Numbered from the stretch's first letter, positions 9,738 through 18,547 are shown. The stretch is 64,000 bases of DNA from Chitinophagaceae bacterium (GCA_035550215.1 DASZPM010000016.1:5788-69787); one strand, 5' to 3'. A program made the numbers and translations. Notes: generated by a model not told the origin, from the letters alone.

Positions 9738-10637
9738 TCAAACATTCCTGAATTTAAGCGGGCTTGTTTGCAAATGCTTTTTGAAGAAGTTATTGAAATG
9801 TGTTACTTCATTAAAACCCAGGGCAAAAGCAATTTCAGAAACAGACCATGTACTGTGCCTGAGCAATATTTTTGCCTCCTGCAAAATTCTCTCGGCGATA
9901 ATTTGCGATGTTGTTTTATCGGTTGTTTCTTTTACCGCCCGGTTTAAATGATTCACATGAACGTTTAACTGTTTGGCAAAAGCCGAAGGTGAACGGAGGT
10001 TTACTGTTTGATGGTTATCATCCACGGGAAACTGGCGTTCCAATAGCTCCAGGAATATTGTTGAAATTCTTTGAAAAGCCATTATTGGTTGTCTGGCAAA
10101 TTGCGCAGTGGGCTGCATCTTCAGGGCAAAATGGATAAGCTCAAAAACAAGGGTGCGCAATACATCGTATTTGTGTATGTAATCTGAATTGATTTCGGTA
10201 AACATTCTGTCATACACAGTTTGCACACTGTTTGCCTGCTCATCAGTCAATTCAAATATGTGTGTACCGTGGGGCTGGAACACCTCGTATTGATTCAGGT
10301 TGCCATACTGGTGAAAAAAATGATGGTTGAATACACAAAAACAGCCGCCACGAATATTCTCTAAATGCTCCCATTTGTAGGGAATTTGCGGATTTGAGAA
10401 AGAAAGGGCCTGCTTTTGCACTTCAACAACTTTATCAGCATAATGTACTTTACTGCCACCCCTGACGAGCATGATTTTATAATAATCACGCCGTTTATAA
10501 GGAATTGGTTGAGCTTTATCGCCTACAAAAGGTTCCAGTTTAAATACATTAAAGTGCCCTATATCGTTGCGAATATTTTCAGGCATCCAGTTAAACTTTC
10601 TTTTGTAAAATTCCTCTATGGTTTCAACCCTGTTCAT
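9738..10637 (-). CDS. AraC-family transcriptional regulator
   Basis: The C-terminal double HTH is typical of AraC/XylS (SPSAFAKQLNVHVNHLNRAVK ... VSEIAFALGFNEVTHFNNFFKK). The N-terminal part looks cupin-like. Confidence 0.85.
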   Translation of the reverse strand: MNRVETIEEFYKRKFNWMPENIRNDIGHFNVFKLEPFVGDKAQPIPYKRRDYYKIMLVRGGSKVHYADKVVEVQKQALSFSNPQIPYKWEHLENIRGGCFCVFNHHFFHQYGNLNQYEVFQPHGTHIFELTDEQANSVQTVYDRMFTEINSDYIHKYDVLRTLVFELIHFALKMQPTAQFARQPIMAFQRISTIFLELLERQFPVDDNHQTVNLRSPSAFAKQLNVHVNHLNRAVKETTDKTTSQIIAERILQEAKILLRHSTWSVSEIAFALGFNEVTHFNNFFKKHLQTSPLKFRNV

Positions 10638-10821
10638 TAACCCAAACTTATTGTATTTATTGCGAATGCCGGGCAGGTTGCGTTAGTAAATAAATCTGAA
10701 AATATTATCACCTGGCTTGCCGAAAAAATGCCGCTCCCAGCAATGCAAAAGAAGAACGAAACATTATAACTGCATAATAAATTTCAAATTGTTAATTACG
10801 AATTTCAAATATTTTTGACTA

Positions 10822-11388
10822 TTACTGCTCCAGTTTAGTTTGAAGCGGTTCCAGGTTTTTCTTCCTGCTTTTGTAAAAACGGTGTTCCCATCCACCTATG
10901 TAAAAGGCTATAATAAAAAGAGCCGTAACACCAATAGCCGCCCAGGCAGGCTTGCCGGCTTCTAACAGGCCCGCCATACAAAGTGAGGCAATGGGCAGAA
11001 TATTAAACCGCATTATTTGTGACAGCCAAACCTGGTATGTGGCCGTTGCTACAGCATGCCGGAGATCGTCGCGCATAGAGCAGTCAAATTGTGTTTGCTG
11101 GTGTAACCTGCGGCGGTGGCTGATTAAAACATATACAGAAGTAAGCAGCAGCCACGCGGCCATTATCAGCATAAAGAGATTTGTTGTACCGCCCCGGAAA
11201 TTGATAATAAAAATGAAACACCCGGCGCTGAAATTTACCGCGATAAGCAGTATTTCCCTTGCATTGGTTATACGCAACGCGCTCTTTCTTTTTGCCATAA
11301 TGTTGTTATGCAATGCTTTTTCATTAATAACATATACGGACTGCTGACTTTCAGCAATCCATATTTTCTGCAGATCTTCAAATTCCAT
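10822..11388 (-). CDS. Membrane protein, probable partner of the upstream ECF sigma gene
   Basis: About 4 predicted TM helices. ATG at 11388 (MEFEDLQKIW) overlaps the stop of the reconstructed sigma reading frame. The first 20 codons of the track ORF are really the sigma region-4 tail read in another frame. Confidence 0.55.
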   Translation of the reverse strand: MEFEDLQKIWIAESQQSVYVINEKALHNNIMAKRKSALRITNAREILLIAVNFSAGCFIFIINFRGGTTNLFMLIMAAWLLLTSVYVLISHRRRLHQQTQFDCSMRDDLRHAVATATYQVWLSQIMRFNILPIASLCMAGLLEAGKPAWAAIGVTALFIIAFYIGGWEHRFYKSRKKNLEPLQTKLEQ

Positions 11389-11890
11389 AAGTTTCCATTT
11401 TTTTAGATTTAATAACCAGGTTTTTTTTAATGCGGTTGATTTTGACACTGACGTTTGATTCAGTAATGCCCAGGATACCGGCTATTCCTTATAACCCAGG
11501 CCATCCAGCAGTAATAAAATAACAGAGCGGTCTATCTCATTTAATTGAACCAGGTTTTCATATAACCAGGCCAGTTGTTCATTCAGCGGTTTACCATTTT
11601 CAAGCAAAACATTATCAACGTTTTCAAGACTTTCATTTACAACGCGGTGTTTATTTTTCTTTTTGCGTCCATTTAATGGCTGTATTAAGAGCAATACGGT
11701 ACAGCCATGTAGATACAGAGGATTGACTTTTGAACGATGGTACTGAATGCCACACCTGCATAGTTATTTCCTGGAAAAGGTCATCCCGGTCCATAGGTGT
11801 AAAAGCAAAGGCGGTAATTACTTTGAAGAAGAGCGCCTTGTAATTGTTAAGCCATTGGCTAAAGATGTTTTCCTGCTCCTGTTTGGTCAC
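11378..11890 (-). pseudogene. ECF (sigma-70 family) RNA polymerase sigma factor interrupted by two compensating 1-nt frameshifts
   Basis: Region 2 (DLFQEITMQVWHSV, STWLYRIALNTAIKW) is in ORF 11651..11890. The start of region 4 (LNEIDRSVILLLLDGLGYKE) is in ORF 11482..11694, in another frame. The HTH continuation IAGILGITESNVSVKINRIKK is back in the first frame and runs to TGA at 11378-11380. Confidence 0.7.
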
Positions 11891-12090
11891 GATGTTAATT
11901 TATGTACTTGCTTATTAGTACCACAAAAGGCTCAAATTCTTGCAAAAGATAGAAAATGGGTGGGAAGCGGATGAATATTCACTTATGCAAGGCAGCGGCC
12001 AATGCCTGCTCGGGCAAAAACTTAACATGCGGGTGAATTTTATTCCGTTATTTTTATGTTATTAAATTGTAAACAGGTAAAATAAGCCAT

Positions 12091-12351
12091 ATGGACAAAA
12101 AAGAGCTTCGCGCACAGGTTCAGGCAAAGATTGAAGCCGCTTTGGCGGAGTTTGCCAAAGGCGTAAGCGAAAAAAAATTCAAAAAGTATATTAAAAAAGC
12201 CGCGAAAATTGTAGCCGACGGCTTATCGGTGCCTTCTGCAAAAAAAGCAGCTACGCCTAAAAAGGCCAAAGCCGCGCCAAAAAAAGCAGCACCTAAAAAG
12301 GCGGCGGCAAAAACGGCTAAAAAAACAACTGGCCAGGCTAAAACTAAATAA
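12091..12351 (+). CDS. Histone H1-like Lys/Ala-rich basic protein
   Basis: 86 aa. The C-terminal half is AKKAATPKKAKAAPKKAAPKKAAAKTAKK, a PKKA-type repeat. A hairpin follows the gene. Confidence 0.6.
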   Translation: MDKKELRAQVQAKIEAALAEFAKGVSEKKFKKYIKKAAKIVADGLSVPSAKKAATPKKAKAAPKKAAPKKAAAKTAKKTTGQAKTK

Positions 12352-12395
12352 CCACCCCGGCATACCTTGTAAATGGATTTATTCTCCTAATTATA

Positions 12396-12429
12396 AAACA
12401 GGCCCTGCATATACTGCAAGGCCTGTTTA
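12396..12429. terminator. Hairpin between convergent genes (probable bidirectional terminator)
   Basis: AAAACAGGCC...GGCCTGTTT inverted repeat, flanked by an A-run and a T-run, between the H1-like and VOC gene ends. Confidence 0.5.
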
Positions 12430-12448
12430 TGAGCAATTTTGACAAATG

Positions 12449-12829
12449 CTATTTGTTTGAGTGCAAAGCAACAGTGTTACCTTCAGTGTCTGCAAAAAAA
12501 GCCATATAGCCGATTTCGTCAGTAATTTTTGTTTTAGGCATCAGTACTTTTCCTCCTGCTGATTCAATTTTTGCAAGTACATTTTGCAGGTCGGGGTTGC
12601 CGTTAAGGTAAATTTTAGCCCCGTCTGCAGAGGGTTTATGCATTGGGCCTTCAACAAGGCCGCCTGAAACCTTGCCGGTCATCTCTGCCGGGAAAAAAGA
12701 CATTTTCATCCCCATCATTTCCTGTTCAGGCATTGTGATACCAAATATTGTTTCGTAAAATTTCTTAGCGCGGCCAATATCTGTTACAGATATTTCAAAC
12801 CAGTTAAGCGCATTTTCCTGTGGTGTCAT
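12449..12829 (-). CDS. VOC (glyoxalase/bleomycin-resistance fold) family protein
   Basis: 126 aa, with the typical VOC start (FEISVTDIGRAKKFYETIFG) and end (GYMAFFADTEGNTVALHS). Confidence 0.8.
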   Translation of the reverse strand: MTPQENALNWFEISVTDIGRAKKFYETIFGITMPEQEMMGMKMSFFPAEMTGKVSGGLVEGPMHKPSADGAKIYLNGNPDLQNVLAKIESAGGKVLMPKTKITDEIGYMAFFADTEGNTVALHSNK

Positions 12830-13146
12830 TGTTTAAAATTTTTAAATTAAATAAAACGTTGACTATAATGACGAATAACATTTAAAGAAGAGGACAGGGT
12901 ATAAAAGAATATTTTAGCAACTCTCATGTATTCGGGTTGAGTGAAAAAAATGCCTTTGATGATGTAGCCGCCGCCGCAAAATCAATCATACGGGTCTTTC
13001 GCGCAATCATAGCTTGTTATCACTCGTGCACAACCCGGGGCATGCAAAAGTTTCATACCTTAACAGTGTTGCTAGTCTCCAAAAACCTTTCTGTAAACAT
13101 TAAAATAAGCGCCTCCAAAAGAATTTTCTTTTAAACCGGTTGACAA

Positions 13147-14727
13147 ATGAAAAATATTTTTTTAATCCTGTTGGCATTTTCAACTATTCAAATAGTTGCT
13201 CAAACTAACCCCATAACAAGTATAAACATATCATTGCCTGCTTCCCCTGATGCTAATACTGCCAACTGGGGTACCGGCACATCGTTAATTACCATCAGCG
13301 CAGTTTCACGCTCCGCGGGAGGCCGTGTAGATCCTTCGGTAGAGGAGAGCAAAATATTGGTGGTAATAAAAAAGGACGGCGCTAAAGTATGCGGCGCTTA
13401 TACCAGTTATACCGCACCTGCCGCAAATTTCGGCACTCCCAGTAAAGTATGGAGTGGTGTTAACGCCGCCGCGTTATTGGGAAAGGATTGCACGTTGCCG
13501 CCAGGTGACTATGAACTAAGCGTACAGTTTTTTGCCAGCAGCGCCGCCGCCCCTGTAGCTTTAAGTGAGGAACACACAAAAGTGTTTACAATACACGCGA
13601 ACGACCAGCAAAATTACCAGGCACCGCAAGGAGTTGCTCCGCCCACAGGCATGGAGTTAAGTGATGCTGATGCGAAGAAACCAATTATATTCAGGTGGAC
13701 ACCTGTAATACCTAAACCGCAGGAGCCAGTAACATACCGGTTGCGTATATGGCAAGTTACACAGGGGCAAAACGCCGGGCAGGCCATTAAATCCAATCAG
13801 CCTATCATTATAAAAGATATTGATAATTTAACGCAGGCTATAATAACCGATAACAGTGATTGCGCGCCGCCTTATTTATGCGATTTTGTATGGACTGTAC
13901 AAGCACTTAACCGTGACGGAAAACCGATTGGGGACAATAACGGAACAAGCCAGCCATACAGCTATAAAAAGGGTGGCAATGTTATACTGTATGATACACT
14001 AAATGCCATTGTACTTGTATCACCTGAAAACGGCAGCAGTGTGGCGGAAGGAAAACCGCTGACATTTTCGTGGCAGCTTTCCAGGAATACAACCTTGCGC
14101 CCGGCCTTTTACAAGTTGCGGATAGTAGAAACAAATGGCAAGCAGCCGCCCGTTGAAGCATTAAGAACAAATAAGCCTTTTTTTGAGAAAGATAGCATCA
14201 GTGCCCTTTCAGTTCAATACCCATCATCCGCTCCCAAATTCAGTGAAAATAAAACCTATGTGTGGAGTGTGCAGGCATTTGATAAAGAGGGAAAACCCGT
14301 CGGAGGTAAGAACGGGACAAGCCAACCATCCAGCTATAAAAAGGGTGGTAATGTTATACTGTATGATACACTAAATGCCATTGTACTTGTATCACCTGAA
14401 AATGGAAGCAGTGTGGCGGAAGGAAAACCCCTGACATTTTCATGGCAGCTTTCCAGGAATACAACCATGCGCCCAGCTTTTTACAAGTTGCGGATAGTAG
14501 AAACAAATGGTAAACAGCCACCTGTTGAAGCATTGAGAACTAATAAGCCTTTTTTCGAGAAAGATAGCATCAGTGCCCTTTCAGTTCAATACCCATCATC
14601 CGCTCCCAAATTCAGTGAAAATAAAACCTATGTGTGGAGTGTGCAGGCATTTAACCGTGAAGGCAGGCTAATTGGCGATAAGAACGGAAAGCTGAATGTA
14701 AACCATTTTATAATTTCCCGCCGTTAG
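13147..14727 (+). CDS. Secreted repeat protein of unknown function
   Basis: N-terminal signal peptide MKNIFLILLAFSTIQIVAQ. It contains at least three copies of a ~124-aa module (F.W.P...Y.LRI...VW.VQA...G.P.G.NNG), two of them nearly identical. Confidence 0.8.
   Translation: MKNIFLILLAFSTIQIVAQTNPITSINISLPASPDANTANWGTGTSLITISAVSRSAGGRVDPSVEESKILVVIKKDGAKVCGAYTSYTAPAANFGTPSKVWSGVNAAALLGKDCTLPPGDYELSVQFFASSAAAPVALSEEHTKVFTIHANDQQNYQAPQGVAPPTGMELSDADAKKPIIFRWTPVIPKPQEPVTYRLRIWQVTQGQNAGQAIKSNQPIIIKDIDNLTQAIITDNSDCAPPYLCDFVWTVQALNRDGKPIGDNNGTSQPYSYKKGGNVILYDTLNAIVLVSPENGSSVAEGKPLTFSWQLSRNTTLRPAFYKLRIVETNGKQPPVEALRTNKPFFEKDSISALSVQYPSSAPKFSENKTYVWSVQAFDKEGKPVGGKNGTSQPSSYKKGGNVILYDTLNAIVLVSPENGSSVAEGKPLTFSWQLSRNTTMRPAFYKLRIVETNGKQPPVEALRTNKPFFEKDSISALSVQYPSSAPKFSENKTYVWSVQAFNREGRLIGDKNGKLNVNHFIISRR
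13918..14661 (+). repeat. Tandem direct duplication, 2 x 372 bp, in frame inside the CDS
   Basis: Unit 1 at 13918-14289 matches unit 2 at 14290-14661. The core 13961-14280 vs 14333-14652 differs at about 15 positions by eye, with no indels. Confidence 0.9.
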
Positions 14728-14909
14728 CTGAATGTGTAAACTGCTGCCGGAATAGTTGGAAGGCACAGAACTGCGACGGAATATGATTTCAATATACCTC
14801 TTAATCATCCTTAAAAAAAGCAGGAAACTGCTGTTCATGTAAAAAAAATATTTTTTTGCAGGAATTGACTAACTTTAGTTTTTAAGGGTTTAGGGTTGAA
14901 AAATAATCG

Positions 14910-14940
14910 GCTTCTGTTTCTACAGAAGCTTTTCTTTTTT
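14910..14940 (+). terminator. Rho-independent terminator
   Basis: GCTTCTGT-TTCT-ACAGAAGC hairpin followed by TTTTCTTTTTT. An outer stem AGGGTTG/CAACCCT extends it to 14891-14948. Confidence 0.6.
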
Positions 14941-15065
14941 GCAACCCTTTTGATGGTCCATATCTTTGTTGCGGGCACATTACCCGAATGCAATTTGTGT
15001 ATGACGCTTTTGCTAACCGATTGCTGCTTAGCCACATGATTTTTGTTGACTGTTAATGACTAAAC

Positions 15066-17690
15066 ATGAAAAAATTCTGCTTTGTTTTATTGGTGGCCTT
15101 ACTGTGTAGTAAATTATTTGCGCAAAATACCTATGAACTAAACAGCGGTTGGTTGTGTAAAAAAGCCAGTGAAGTTAAGGATGACGGTATTAAATTGTCA
15201 AACCCCTCATACACAATCGGGGAGTGGATGCAGGCAACAGTACCGGGAACGGTACTTACCACTCTTCTCAACAATAAACTTGTGCCTGACCCTTTTTACG
15301 GGATGAATAATGAAAAGATACCGGATATTTATAACACAGGGCGAGAGTATTATACTTATTGGTTCGTAAAAGATTTTAAAGAACATAAACCAGGGGGCGA
15401 TGGCCTTGTTTGGCTTACCTTTCGCGGGATAAATTATAGCTGCGATTTTTTTCTGAACGGTCACAAGCTGAATACGCAACCTTGCATTGGTATGTTCCTC
15501 CGCCAGGAATTTGATATCACTCCATACCTTGCAAACGACGGTAACAACAGGCTTGCAGTAATTGTGTACCCGCCAGACCCTGTTGGTAACCCCAACGGCG
15601 GGCAGGGTGGTGACGGGGAAATTGCGCACAGCATTACTCAACAATATGTTGCGGGTTGGGATTGGATACAGCCTGTAAGAGACCGCAATACGGGGATTTG
15701 GGATAAGGTCATTATAAAAAAAACAAATTCCATCATTATAAAAAACCCGCATATTATAACGTTGGTAGCCGGTGCCCGGCTTCCCGCTGAAAGTGTGCAG
15801 GTGCCTGCTGTTATAAAAGTTACTGCTGAAATAAAAAATGCATTAAATAAGCCGGTAAAGGGCGTACTAAAATATGAGTTGGCGGGAACTGTGATAAAAC
15901 AAAATGTAGTTCTTCAACCGGGCGATTTTACCGTAGTTCAGATGCCTGACGATACGCTTAAAAACCCTAAACTTTGGTGGCCAAATGGTTATGGCCCTCA
16001 AAACATGTATTCCATTAAACTGCAATTTGTAAGCAGCACAAATGTTTTGTGTGATGAACTGCCGGTTAAGTTTGGTGTAAGGCAATTACAAACAAAATGG
16101 AATGAGCGTACCGGCAGCATGCAGTTAATGGTAAACGGGCAAAAGATATTTGTTAAAGGCGGCAACTGGATTATATCTGATGAAATGCTGCGCTTTTCAA
16201 ACGAACGGTATGACGCCGAGGTTAGGTTTCATCGCGACATGAACCTGAACATGATACGTGTATGGGGAGGAGCGATAACAGAACGGCCTGAATTTTACGA
16301 CGCCTGCGATAAATATGGCATTTTAGTTTTCCAGGATTTTTGGAACAGCGGGGATTGTAATGGCCGCTGGCAGGACCCTATGAAAAAAGAAAATCAATGG
16401 GTAAGGAGACAATATCCTGATGACCACCAGTTGTTTTTGGCCAGCGCAGCAGACCAGGTAAAATTAATACGTAATCATCCATCACTTGCTTTTTGGTGCG
16501 GTGGTAATGAAATTCCGCCAACCGATGATATTTTGTTTCCATTGAAAGATTCAATTATTGCAACGCTTGACGGAACACGGTATTTTTTCGACTATTCCAA
16601 TTCAGACAGCATGTCGTTCAATACGCTTGGAGGCAATGGCGACGGCCCTTACGGCATACAGGATATAAAAACATTCTTCGCAAAACGCACTTTTCCATTT
16701 AACTCAGAGGTGGGTTCGGTAGGGGTAGGAGATTATGCTTCGCTCGAACGGTTTTTGCCCCGGCAAGACCTTGAAGCTTTTCCATCAAATGACAACCCCG
16801 ACAGTGTTTGGCGTTATCACAAATACATTGGCTACCGGGATTTTATTGACGCATACGGTAAACCATCAAACACTAAAGATTTTGCCAATAAAGCCCAGTT
16901 GGTAAACTACGACCAGTACCGCGGCCTGGTGGAAGGCTTTACTACAAATATGTGGAATTGGTACACCGGCTTTATTATATGGAAAACACAAAACCCATGG
17001 ACAGCGTTACGAGGGCAGATGTATGATTATTACCTTGACCCCAATGCCTGTCTTTACGGTTTGCACGAAGGCAGCGAGCCATTGCATATAATGTTTAATG
17101 CTGCTGACAGTATGGTTATGATTGCCAATAACACGTTTACTACACAGCGAAACCTGATGATGCGTGTAAAGATGTATGATATGCAGGGGAAATCAAGGTT
17201 GATAACCGATGTGTTTAACGAGATTGGGCCAACCACCGTGAAAAATTATATACCTATTGCCAATGTATTAGCAAAAATGGGCGGCAACGATGGATTGTTC
17301 TTATCGCTCCGGTTATTAAATGAAAAGCAGGAAATCATTAGTGATAACTTATACTGGTTGCCCGACAGCACGGGCGTTTATTCAGGATTGCAACATATAG
17401 CTATTGCAAGAGTTTCGGTTAAGGCTGTAAAAACAGGCCCGGGAAAAGCTGCTGTAACCATTAATGCGCCTGCCGGCGGGCCTGTAGCATTTTTTAGCAG
17501 GATTTCAGTTGTAGACCCTGACAATCATAAAAGAATATTGCCTGTATTTTACAGTGATAACTATATTTCAGTTTTGCCGGGGGAAAGCAAAACAATAACA
17601 GTGGATTTTTCACAGGCACATAGTTCAGCCCAGCCGCTTATTTCAATTGAAGGATGGAATGTACAAGAGCAATTTATTGAGATAGAATGA
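15066..17690 (+). CDS. Glycoside hydrolase family 2 (beta-mannosidase / exo-beta-glucosaminidase-like), secreted
   Basis: 874 aa with signal peptide MKKFCFVLLVALLCSKLFAQ. GH2-like blocks are present (NMIRVWGG, FWCGGNEIPP) and the multi-domain length fits GH2. Confidence 0.85.
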   Translation: MKKFCFVLLVALLCSKLFAQNTYELNSGWLCKKASEVKDDGIKLSNPSYTIGEWMQATVPGTVLTTLLNNKLVPDPFYGMNNEKIPDIYNTGREYYTYWFVKDFKEHKPGGDGLVWLTFRGINYSCDFFLNGHKLNTQPCIGMFLRQEFDITPYLANDGNNRLAVIVYPPDPVGNPNGGQGGDGEIAHSITQQYVAGWDWIQPVRDRNTGIWDKVIIKKTNSIIIKNPHIITLVAGARLPAESVQVPAVIKVTAEIKNALNKPVKGVLKYELAGTVIKQNVVLQPGDFTVVQMPDDTLKNPKLWWPNGYGPQNMYSIKLQFVSSTNVLCDELPVKFGVRQLQTKWNERTGSMQLMVNGQKIFVKGGNWIISDEMLRFSNERYDAEVRFHRDMNLNMIRVWGGAITERPEFYDACDKYGILVFQDFWNSGDCNGRWQDPMKKENQWVRRQYPDDHQLFLASAADQVKLIRNHPSLAFWCGGNEIPPTDDILFPLKDSIIATLDGTRYFFDYSNSDSMSFNTLGGNGDGPYGIQDIKTFFAKRTFPFNSEVGSVGVGDYASLERFLPRQDLEAFPSNDNPDSVWRYHKYIGYRDFIDAYGKPSNTKDFANKAQLVNYDQYRGLVEGFTTNMWNWYTGFIIWKTQNPWTALRGQMYDYYLDPNACLYGLHEGSEPLHIMFNAADSMVMIANNTFTTQRNLMMRVKMYDMQGKSRLITDVFNEIGPTTVKNYIPIANVLAKMGGNDGLFLSLRLLNEKQEIISDNLYWLPDSTGVYSGLQHIAIARVSVKAVKTGPGKAAVTINAPAGGPVAFFSRISVVDPDNHKRILPVFYSDNYISVLPGESKTITVDFSQAHSSAQPLISIEGWNVQEQFIEIE

Positions 17691-17882
17691 AATGTGAGGT
17701 GGTAACAAAAACCTGTGCTATGGGTGAAGTTGCTTAGCGGGCAACGCCGCTGCGGCTGCAAGCATGCGTTTGAATATGATGCTGTTTTTACTACAAGAAA
17801 AAGCCGGCCTGCGTCAACTCCTGCTGAGCTTTAAATTTATTAGGATTTATACCGGCTAATTTGTGTTTGTATGTCAAATAAT

Positions 17883-17907
17883 AAACCCGTTGAATATCAA
17901 CGGGTTT
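17883..17907. terminator. Bidirectional hairpin terminator
   Basis: Perfect 10-bp stem AAACCCGTTG/CAACGGGTTT with a 5-nt loop and T-rich tails on both strands. It lies between the GH2 3' end and the tRNA-Leu 3' end. Confidence 0.6.
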
Positions 17908-17917
17908 ATATGCTTTT

Positions 17918-18004
17918 TGGTGCCCAGGACTGGATTCGAACCAGCACATCCTTGCGAACGCTGCGACCTGAACACAGTGCGTCTACCAATTTCGCCACCT
18001 GGGC
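17918..18004 (-). tRNA. tRNA-Leu (anticodon CAG), class II with a long variable arm, CCA encoded
   Basis: The reverse complement GCCCAGGTGGCGAAATTGGTAGACGCACTGTGTTCAGGTCGCAGCGTTCGCAAGGATGTGCTGGTTCGAATCCAGTCCTGGGCACCA folds as a cloverleaf. The acceptor is GCCCAGG/CCTGGGC, the anticodon stem CTGTG/CGCAG, the loop TTCAGGT, and a TTCGAAT T-loop is present. Confidence 0.95.
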
Positions 18005-18023
18005 ATTCCCTTTTTGGGGAGTG

Positions 18024-18055
18024 CAAATATAGGGCATCTGTATAACCTGCGCAAA
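18024..18055 (-). promoter_or_regulatory. Candidate Bacteroidota sigma-A promoter for tRNA-Leu
   Basis: On the minus strand, TATATTTG (TAnnTTTG, -7 box, 18031-18024) lies 20 nt after TTTG (-33 box, 18055-18052). The box ends about 20 nt upstream of the tRNA 5' end. Confidence 0.35.
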
Positions 18056-18367
18056 CAGTTTTAAAAACTCCTGCAAATAAAATTGCGTCAAATTACAGGC
18101 AGCAGTTACGCCAAGATAGCTGGCAGATATTTTTCCTTCTTCCATTCTCTGTAGCAATAAATATCCTTAAACTGTTTTGCAGTCTTCCCGCCATACCATT
18201 TGTTGTATATACCTGTAAAGTGGCACAGTTTCCCCCAAGCTGTAACTGCCGGCGCATTTATGTAATAAAGTGGTTTCCGGCAATTGCTGCCTGGACCGCA
18301 AAGTTTGACTATACTTTCTGCTAATTGATTGATTTTCATACTTAAATAAAAACATTTTCTTCCAGAT

Positions 18368-18398
18368 TTTGAAATTACTGGTAAGCTGATTACTTTTG
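18368..18398 (+). promoter_or_regulatory. Candidate Bacteroidota sigma-A promoter for tRNA-Pro
   Basis: TTTG at 18368-18371, then 19 nt, then TACTTTTG (TAnnTTTG) at 18391-18398. The tRNA starts at 18433. Confidence 0.35.
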
Positions 18399-18432
18399 CC
18401 GCCCCGTAACTGTAAAGATTGCGGGAATTGTT

Positions 18433-18506
18433 CGGGAAGTGGCGCAGCCCGGTAGCGCACTTGTATGGGGTGCAAGGGGTCGCAAGTTCGAATCTTGTCT
18501 TCCCGA
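18433..18506 (+). tRNA. tRNA-Pro (anticodon GGG)
   Basis: CGGGAAGTGGCGCAGCCCGGTAGCGCACTTGTATGGGGTGCAAGGGGTCGCAAGTTCGAATCTTGTCTTCCCGA folds as a cloverleaf. The acceptor is CGGGAAG/CTTCCCG, the anticodon loop ATGGGGT (G37), and a TTCGAAT T-loop is present. No CCA is encoded. Confidence 0.95.
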
Positions 18507-18507
18507 C

Positions 18508-18547
18508 AAAAGCATAAGAGCTGCAGAAATGCGGCTCTTATGCTTTT
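18508..18547. terminator. Bidirectional hairpin terminator
   Basis: 14-bp stem AAAAGCATAAGAGC/GCTCTTATGCTTTT. It lies after tRNA-Pro (+) and after the malate-synthase-like gene (-). Confidence 0.65.

Noticed and set aside
10780-10810. Direct repeat AATTTCAAAT x2 spaced 21 nt apart, upstream of the AraC gene
   Set aside because: It is short and AT-rich in an AT-rich spacer. It may be an operator, but chance occurrence cannot be excluded by eye.
12937-13134. 65-aa ORF in the intergenic region upstream of the repeat protein
   Set aside because: No motif and poor coding-like composition. It lies in a probable promoter region.
14835-15035. 66-aa minus-strand ORF between the repeat protein and GH2
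   Set aside because: It runs through the plus-strand terminator palindrome, is Lys-rich and low-complexity, and has no motif.
18106-18339. 77-aa ORF in the spacer between the two tRNA genes
   Set aside because: No recognisable motif, an unusual Cys/Trp/Tyr-rich composition, and no clear terminator or promoter of its own. It cannot be supported without conservation data.
17918-18506. tRNA-associated genomic island or integrated element
   Set aside because: There are no integrase, excisionase or phage genes nearby. I saw no repeat of a tRNA 3' end nearby. The flanking genes look like ordinary metabolic genes.
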